Below are positions 36,011 through 41,393 of a stretch of DNA of 41,393 nucleotides, in pieces. Below the pieces are notes generated by a model, which had not been told where the DNA came from, searched no databases, and was given only the letters and a program-made list of their open reading frames with translations. Made by a program: the position numbers and the translations under genes. The stretch covers positions 1-41,393 of the forward strand of contig JABXKD010000028.1 of the NCBI GenBank assembly GCA_013375475.1, in the 5' to 3' direction. Within the stretch, counting starts at the first letter, position 1. Each line of letters starts with the position of its first letter. Source of the stretch: Promethearchaeota archaeon (GTDB lineage Archaea; Asgardarchaeota; Lokiarchaeia; Sigyniarchaeales; SOKP01).

Positions 36011-36727
36011 ATGCAAAAAGCGATGGAACCGTTTGGTTTAGCACTTAACGCTTATTGGGAAGGAAATAAATCTGCAAAAATCATATTTCATCGAGATGAT
36101 GGAACAATCCGTGATTACCATGTTGATCATTGCTTTCGGAAACCTGAGGATTTTTCAGACTTAGAAAAACAGGCATTAGAAATGTGTTTCGGGAAAGTTT
36201 TAGATTTAGGTGCAGGCGTGGGACCACATAGTTTGCAACTCCAAGAAAAAGGACTTGAAGTATATGCTATGGACATTTCAAAAGAAGCTTGTGAAATTAT
36301 GGAAAAAAGAGGTGTATTAAATGTTCTATGTAGCGATATATATGGAATTCAAAAAGAAAACTTTGACACAATATTACTTATGGGCCGAGTGATTGGATTT
36401 GTAGAAGATTTAGCTAGTATAGCAAAATTCTTTAATCATTGCGAGAATCTATTAAGTTCAAAAGGGATGATTCTTTTAGACTCCCTCGACGTAAGAGTAT
36501 CTTCAGAACCAGATCATCTCGCATACCAGGAAAGAAATAAAACATTAGGAAGGTATATTGGAGTCGTTGGATTACAGCTGGAGTATAATGGGCAATACAG
36601 CGAACCCTTTAAACTTTTGCATTTAGATCCTGATACACTTCACAGTATTGCTGAAGATACAGGTTGGAAATGTAAAATACTTCGTAGAGAAGAGAGTGGC
36701 GATTATTTAGCTAAAATCTCTAAGTAA
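36011..36727 (+). CDS. Class I SAM-dependent methyltransferase (tandem paralog 2)
   Basis: VLDLGAGVGPHSL. 41 of the first 60 aligned residues are identical to paralog 1 (hand count). GGGTGA SD lies 6 nt upstream. Confidence 0.9.
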   Translation: MQKAMEPFGLALNAYWEGNKSAKIIFHRDDGTIRDYHVDHCFRKPEDFSDLEKQALEMCFGKVLDLGAGVGPHSLQLQEKGLEVYAMDISKEACEIMEKRGVLNVLCSDIYGIQKENFDTILLMGRVIGFVEDLASIAKFFNHCENLLSSKGMILLDSLDVRVSSEPDHLAYQERNKTLGRYIGVVGLQLEYNGQYSEPFKLLHLDPDTLHSIAEDTGWKCKILRREESGDYLAKISK

Positions 36728-36741
36728 AGAGTTTTTTTTTA

Positions 36742-37593
36742 TTATAACGTACTTAGAAAATCAGAAATATTTGAAGATTTAGGAACTTCTACTCCGAAAT
36801 AATTCTCAACGATAGTATAAAGGAAATCGAGGTATGGTAACTGGATGTTTACATAGTGATTAGCTGCTATAACTTCAATAACATTCTTAGAATAGATTTT
36901 TTCCTTCTTCTTTAAATTATTAACTATATCTACAATCGTTCGCGATAAATCATATGCTTTTTGAAGCCCATTTTGTAAGTAAATTAAGCTAGGTTTTGGT
37001 TCGTATTCTCCTAAAAATTTCCGAACTAAGGATCTTTCGATACCTAATGTTTTTGGATTAAGGATATTATCGCTGTCTTTAATAATACGATTACCCTGTA
37101 ATATGATTGTATCTTTAAAATTTTTCATGTCGTATTGTTCGCCAGAAATTACAAGAATTTCAGTTTCAAAAGAATTAAGCGTTATATATTCGATAAATCT
37201 GTAAACTTGATCAACCATATACGACTGATCAAAAATTAAATTAATCTTTTTCTTATACAAAATTGCTCTAATTACGTGAGTAAGTAAAGAAGCCGTTAAA
37301 TTAAGTTTTATAAGACCAACATCAATTGATTCCAATTGCTCAGATACATCCGGTGTAATAATTTGTTCGGGAACAATATCTGGAAGTTCTAATTGAAAAT
37401 CTGCTATAAAGGTGTCCCTTACGGCAAGATTTTTATCTATATATGCAACGAAAGAATGTTCGCAAGCGACTCCCTCCAGAATATTAACTGCAAACACACC
37501 TCTAGCTGCTTTTTGTACGTCCTCTTCCGAAACCTCAATATATCCTCTACTTGAACAAGAAGGACATCGCACTTCGAGCTTTTTCATATCCAA
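36742..37593 (-). CDS. Hypothetical protein with N-terminal Zn-ribbon (CPxC...CxH)
   Basis: VRCPSC...ACEHSFVAYIDKNLAVRD followed by an alpha/beta and helical region. Confidence 0.75.
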   Translation of the reverse strand: MDMKKLEVRCPSCSSRGYIEVSEEDVQKAARGVFAVNILEGVACEHSFVAYIDKNLAVRDTFIADFQLELPDIVPEQIITPDVSEQLESIDVGLIKLNLTASLLTHVIRAILYKKKINLIFDQSYMVDQVYRFIEYITLNSFETEILVISGEQYDMKNFKDTIILQGNRIIKDSDNILNPKTLGIERSLVRKFLGEYEPKPSLIYLQNGLQKAYDLSRTIVDIVNNLKKKEKIYSKNVIEVIAANHYVNIQLPYLDFLYTIVENYFGVEVPKSSNISDFLSTL

Positions 37594-37748
37594 AATAGGT
37601 AACTAGAATTTTTTGGGTGACAAATATCTATATCTGTAAACTATAATAATTTCTTAATCACGGTATTATTTAAATTTTAATCGAGTGATTAAATAATAAT
37701 AATAACTAAGACTTATACATCTATGTGTAGAATTAAGTTAAAAATATC

Positions 37749-38228
37749 TTAGAATTTTTGGATTTTTGCATATTTTTTCTCAATAAAGTTAGCTACCAGA
37801 AGAGAAATCAAAGTTGCCACATTCTCAGCTATCAAAAAAGCTATGACATTATCTAAAAAAGTTATACATATACCATATGCGGTAAAAAATGCTGCAGTAA
37901 ATATGGGAAAAACGATAACTACTGGTCGTACAACTGGAAATTGTAAGAAATTTCTTAATTTTGAACCTGTTTGTCTTGATTTTTGAAATTGAGTTCTCAG
38001 CTTTTTTCTTTTCTCGACTTGTACAAAAGATTCAAAAATAAGTACAACACCAAAAAATAAGGCAATTGTTGCTCCAACAGGGATCAAAATTACGACAATG
38101 TAATTACCTACTCCTAAAAAATATTGAGCTATGAATACAAAAAGCGTTTGAAACAATCCACAAACTCCAAATAGCATTAAAGCGATCGGTAAATATTCCT
38201 TTGAGGTCCATCGAAATCTTATCGGCAT
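37749..38228 (-). CDS. Membrane protein (about 4 TM helices)
   Basis: Four hydrophobic segments with a basic loop. Start reassigned to ATG 38228 because the ORF-track start (38291) is inside tRNA-Val. Confidence 0.75.
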   Translation of the reverse strand: MPIRFRWTSKEYLPIALMLFGVCGLFQTLFVFIAQYFLGVGNYIVVILIPVGATIALFFGVVLIFESFVQVEKRKKLRTQFQKSRQTGSKLRNFLQFPVVRPVVIVFPIFTAAFFTAYGICITFLDNVIAFLIAENVATLISLLVANFIEKKYAKIQKF

Positions 38229-38251
38229 TATAATCCGTGTATTTTGTAATT

Positions 38252-38328
38252 TGGTGGGCCCGGCGCGAATTGAACGCACGACCTTCTCCACGTCAAGGAG
38301 ACGTCATACCAGGCTAGACCACGGGCCC
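38252..38328 (-). tRNA. tRNA-Val(GAC), intronless, CCA encoded
   Basis: GGGCCCGTGGTCTAGCCTGGTATGACGTCTCCTTGACGTGGAGAAGGTCGTGCGTTCAATTCGCGCCGGGCCCACCA: acceptor GGGCCCG/CGGGCCC, anticodon arm TCTCC-TTGACGT-GGAGA. Confidence 0.95.
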
Positions 38329-38492
38329 AAAAAATTTATTCCCTAATTTTAGTTTAAAATACTAAAACTTGAGATAAATAATTTATATTATTAAAAAATA
38401 AATATTTTATTAGTTTTATCGTGGAAGATCATAACTGTTTATTTTCTTCTCAAAAAAATTTGTTTTTAAAAAATTTAAAAGAAAGTATTTTT

Positions 38493-39734
38493 CTAACTAG
38501 AAAGGGCTTGCTGAAATAATAACTCTGATTCCTCTAAGAGTATCTTGTTAATTTCTGGTATGTAAATATTGAGTAGTGATTCGTCCAATAAAAGAGCTGA
38601 ACCTCGATTAAACGTTACAAATACGCCAACTGTGTGTCCTGATGAATTTTTAAAAAACATATTTGAACTGAAACCCGGAGTTGCTCCACCATGACCTTTA
38701 TATCCTCCTCCGTAGAGAAACCATCCATAACCATAACCCTCAATATCAAATCCTTCCGTTGAAGTTCCTGTTAAGGGTTCGTGGTTAGAGTGCATTAATC
38801 CAATAGATTCTGGTTTTAAAATTTGAATCCCTTTACACTTTCCGTTGTTCATAAACATTGTTAAATATTTTGCCATATCTGGTATGGTGCTTCGTATTGC
38901 ACCAGCTCCAGTAACATTGATATTATAAAGAGGTAATTCGATGAGTGAATTATTCCACTCGTACGGAATAGCGTTGCTACTGAGAAAATCTTCGTAATAA
39001 TAGCTACTTCTGTTCATATTAAGCGGATCAAAAATGTTTTCTTGAACATAATCCATTATACTTTGATTTGTTATTTCCTCAACTAAATACCCAAGTAATT
39101 GATACCCTGCATTAGAATAAAGGAAAGTTGACCCTGGTCGTGATTGCCAATTATGATCGTTATAGTATTCGCCTATTGGGTTAAGGCTTTCATTTAAGAA
39201 TTGCTCTAAAGTAGGTCGATCCTCCCATATTATAATATCCCATTCTAAATTTTCGTTGATCCAAGTAATCGTTTTGTTGTCAAGATAATATTCAAGAGAC
39301 CAAAAAAGGTTACCTGGCAAGCCTGCTGTGTGTGTAAGGACCATTTCAATTGTAACATCCCAACCAGGATAATCTGGATGCCTCACATTGAAAGGGAGAT
39401 AATCGTCGATATTATCGTTCAAATCAAGTGAACCGTTTTCATAAAGTTGTAGTATTGCGGTTGCAGTAAAAGATTTAGTAATTGAACCAATCATATATAC
39501 TGTGTTTAAATCTGGTTGGTCACCAAACCCTTGAGCCCAAGTAACGCTATCATTAATAACGATACAAGCTCCTAAGGAAGGAATTTGAGCGTTGGTCATC
39601 CAGCTCTGAATTTTTGATTCTAAACTCTCGTTTTGAAGATTGATTACGATAAAAAATGTTATAATACCTGCACTAGCAATAGTAGGTACTAAAATTATAA
39701 GGATAAGTAATTTTTTACTAATCTTTGGAGACAT
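38493..39734 (-). CDS. Beta-lactamase/AmpC-like serine hydrolase with N-terminal membrane anchor
   Basis: GSITKSF (SxxK), LTHTAGL, YSNAGY, YGYGW, GHGG.TPGF; hydrophobic N-terminus. Confidence 0.92.
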   Translation of the reverse strand: MSPKISKKLLILIILVPTIASAGIITFFIVINLQNESLESKIQSWMTNAQIPSLGACIVINDSVTWAQGFGDQPDLNTVYMIGSITKSFTATAILQLYENGSLDLNDNIDDYLPFNVRHPDYPGWDVTIEMVLTHTAGLPGNLFWSLEYYLDNKTITWINENLEWDIIIWEDRPTLEQFLNESLNPIGEYYNDHNWQSRPGSTFLYSNAGYQLLGYLVEEITNQSIMDYVQENIFDPLNMNRSSYYYEDFLSSNAIPYEWNNSLIELPLYNINVTGAGAIRSTIPDMAKYLTMFMNNGKCKGIQILKPESIGLMHSNHEPLTGTSTEGFDIEGYGYGWFLYGGGYKGHGGATPGFSSNMFFKNSSGHTVGVFVTFNRGSALLLDESLLNIYIPEINKILLEESELLFQQALSS

Positions 39735-39834
39735 TCTTGTTCTGCTATTGATTTATGATTTAATTATAATTTTAGGTCTCTGTCCTAATAAATATTATCT
39801 TAAAATTAGAGATATTCAAATAAGATGCAATCAA

Positions 39835-40122
39835 TTAAGGACAAAATTGTGGTTCTTTTTGGAAAGATATCCATTTCTTTACACCATATTCTTTCATTTT
39901 TTTCATGTTCTCTACTGTTCGTTTATGATGATCGTGCCCGTTGTTAGCAAATTTATCTAAAATATCGCAAATGAAATCTGGACATTCAAAACAATATGCG
40001 ACATTCCTTTCCGAAGCGCAAGATCTCATTTTGCAATCATCTGACCAACATTTATGAGTGGGACCTCTACACTTCTCGCAACTAATGGTTTGTAATAAAG
40101 AAAGTGGAAAAAAATATACCAA
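39835..40122 (-). pseudogene. 5'-truncated DUF3795-like Cys-rich protein
   Basis: CEKCRG...C...CKMRSCA......CFECPDF.C..L C-terminal half is present. The usual N-terminal CG..C..C is absent and replaced by non-protein-like sequence. Confidence 0.6.
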
Positions 40123-40170
40123 AATGTGAGTTTTGAATCATAAAAAAAATAAAAAAATAAAAAGATCTTT

Positions 40171-41388
40171 TTAAGGTTTTTTTTCTCTTAAGGCGCGTAC
40201 CATAGGCACATCTTTTCCTGATAATATTTCTAGCATAGCACCTCCTCCAGTGGAAATGAAGGATACATCTTGAGCATATCCCGACATCTCTGCTGCAGTT
40301 CCCATTTCTCCACCGCCAATGACTGAAAGGGCACCTCTATTTTTAGTAGCTGCAGCCATCGCTTCAGCCATATCAAAAGTTCCCTTGCGGAAGACCTCCT
40401 TTTCAAAGATTCCAGGAGGGCCGTTAGCAATAATTGTTTTTGCGTTCATAATGATTTCTTTGAATTCCTCAGTTGTTTTAGGACCGATATCTCCAGTTAC
40501 AGCGTTGTATTCCTTTAACTCGTCTATACTGATTGCTTTTCGATTGCCATTATCGTCAATTACTAAATCTTTAGGTAAAATGATCTTGTCTTTAAATTTT
40601 TCGTATGTTTCCTTAATGTCATCTTTAGCTTTATCTAAATCTTTTGCTATTGCTCCGCGATTTGGTTCTCCGGTATCAACTCCTATAGCTTCAAAGATTA
40701 ATACAGCTGTTAAACCTGAGCAGAGTGCATAATCTAATTTATCGTTTTCAAAATTGAATTTCATGGCTTTAAATTTATCTAGAGCTTTAGCTCCTCCAAT
40801 AAGCATGACCATTGGCTTTTCAGGGGCTTCTAAGATTTTACTCATGTATTCAAATTCTTTAACAGTTGTGGGTCCTGCGACTAAAGTTGGCCAACCGATT
40901 ATCGAAGGTTGTGCTCTATGAGCTGCTCCAAATGCATCTGCGATGAAATAGTCAAATAATGGCGATAAAGTTTTAATCATCTCCAAGTTTGCTGCTTCAG
41001 AGAAGTCTTTAAATTGCTTGTTTTCAAGTTCCCAAGTTCGTACATTATTGAGAACTAATACTTCTCCTACCTTCAGATCCTTAATTGCATTAATAGCTTT
41101 TTCTCCGAATACATCTTCAACGTATTTAACAGGGCGATCTAACAGTTTTCTTATTTCTTCAGCGTGTAATTCTAATGAAGTAAAATCTTTCGCACCAGGA
41201 CGGGACTGATGTGCCATAATTACTACAGCACTCTCTTTAAGCTCTTTTAGTGAGGGAATTAGAGCGTGAATACGAGGTGATTCGCGAATTCTGTTGTTTT
41301 CAATATCAATATTAGAGTTAATATCAACTCTCATTAACACTTTTTTACCTTTTAAATCAACGTCTTTATAAGATTTATAATCAAACAT
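40171..41388 (-). CDS. pgk: Phosphoglycerate kinase (archaeal type)
   Basis: RVDINS, AHQSRPG, DAFGAAHRAQPS, GGAK, DIGPKT, NGPPGIFE, ISTGGGAML. Confidence 0.97.
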   Translation of the reverse strand: MFDYKSYKDVDLKGKKVLMRVDINSNIDIENNRIRESPRIHALIPSLKELKESAVVIMAHQSRPGAKDFTSLELHAEEIRKLLDRPVKYVEDVFGEKAINAIKDLKVGEVLVLNNVRTWELENKQFKDFSEAANLEMIKTLSPLFDYFIADAFGAAHRAQPSIIGWPTLVAGPTTVKEFEYMSKILEAPEKPMVMLIGGAKALDKFKAMKFNFENDKLDYALCSGLTAVLIFEAIGVDTGEPNRGAIAKDLDKAKDDIKETYEKFKDKIILPKDLVIDDNGNRKAISIDELKEYNAVTGDIGPKTTEEFKEIIMNAKTIIANGPPGIFEKEVFRKGTFDMAEAMAAATKNRGALSVIGGGEMGTAAEMSGYAQDVSFISTGGGAMLEILSGKDVPMVRALREKKP

Positions 41389-41393
41389 TTAAT

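Noticed and set aside
32316-38251. Integrated element between the convergent tRNA-Gly and tRNA-Val
   Set aside because: The content looks accessory, but I found no integrase and no duplicated tRNA 3' end (att site) by eye.
38229-38291. N-terminal 21 aa of ORF-track protein 37749..38291
   Set aside because: It runs through the tRNA-Val gene; ATG 38228 is the plausible start.
691-41209. Numerous 60-137 aa ORFs antisense to or nested in long genes (e.g. 691..879, 13564..13926, 18416..18796, 20840..21172, 29319..29636, 30748..31074, 39640..39960, 40319..40732)
   Set aside because: They are shadow frames of well-supported genes, with no recognisable motifs or SD signals.
1-41393. Genome-wide TGA reassignment (alternative genetic code)
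   Set aside because: All long genes are intact under code 11, use TGG for Trp, and several end properly at TGA (mtnA, sulfatase, nip7, the ATGA overlap at 1841).
1-41393. CRISPR array, rRNA, or long regularly spaced repeats
   Set aside because: No repeat-spacer periodicity or long GC-rich structured RNA was seen. The only repeats found are the 9-bp tandem, the 37-bp pair and the MTase paralogy.

Overview
This is an AT-rich, gene-dense archaeal chromosomal segment. Gene content points strongly to an Asgard archaeon of the Lokiarchaeia type; this is an inference from the ESCRT cluster, roadblock and HEAT/LRR proteins, BHB-intron tRNA and archaeal PGK/Nop2/Nip7. The window opens inside an IS4/ISH3-like transposase. 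An accessory catabolic/redox block follows: FNR-2Fe2S reductase plus phytoene-desaturase-family flavoprotein, GH29 fucosidase, sulfatase, DUF169, flavodoxin, a QueG/RdhA-like Fe-S protein, and a divergent wHTH-roadblock fusion. Next come DUF1848, a FAD oxidoreductase, MtnA and Dus, then a carbohydrate block (glucan phosphorylase, SIS protein, MFS, NDP-sugar pyrophosphorylase), a HEAT-LRR protein, CYTH, Nop2 and Nip7. The four-gene ESCRT locus (Vps22/36-like, Vps25-like, Vps4, ESCRT-III) is followed by a PfkB kinase, a two-intron tRNA-Gly(GCC), three methyltransferases, a fused DppB-DppC permease, tRNA-Val(GAC), a serine hydrolase and PGK. The most unusual items are: a tRNA with two 30-nt BHB introns (15/16 and 37/38); a fused ABC permease that appears to lack both EAA coupling loops; MIM1-like helices in the Vps25 N-terminal extension; the wHTH-roadblock protein with a candidate operator facing a cobalamin/Fe-S reductase operon; an in-frame TGA before a conserved-looking C-terminal tail; and probable ATA/ATC start codons. 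All family calls are from motif recognition by eye; no database searches were run. No CRISPR array or rRNA was seen.
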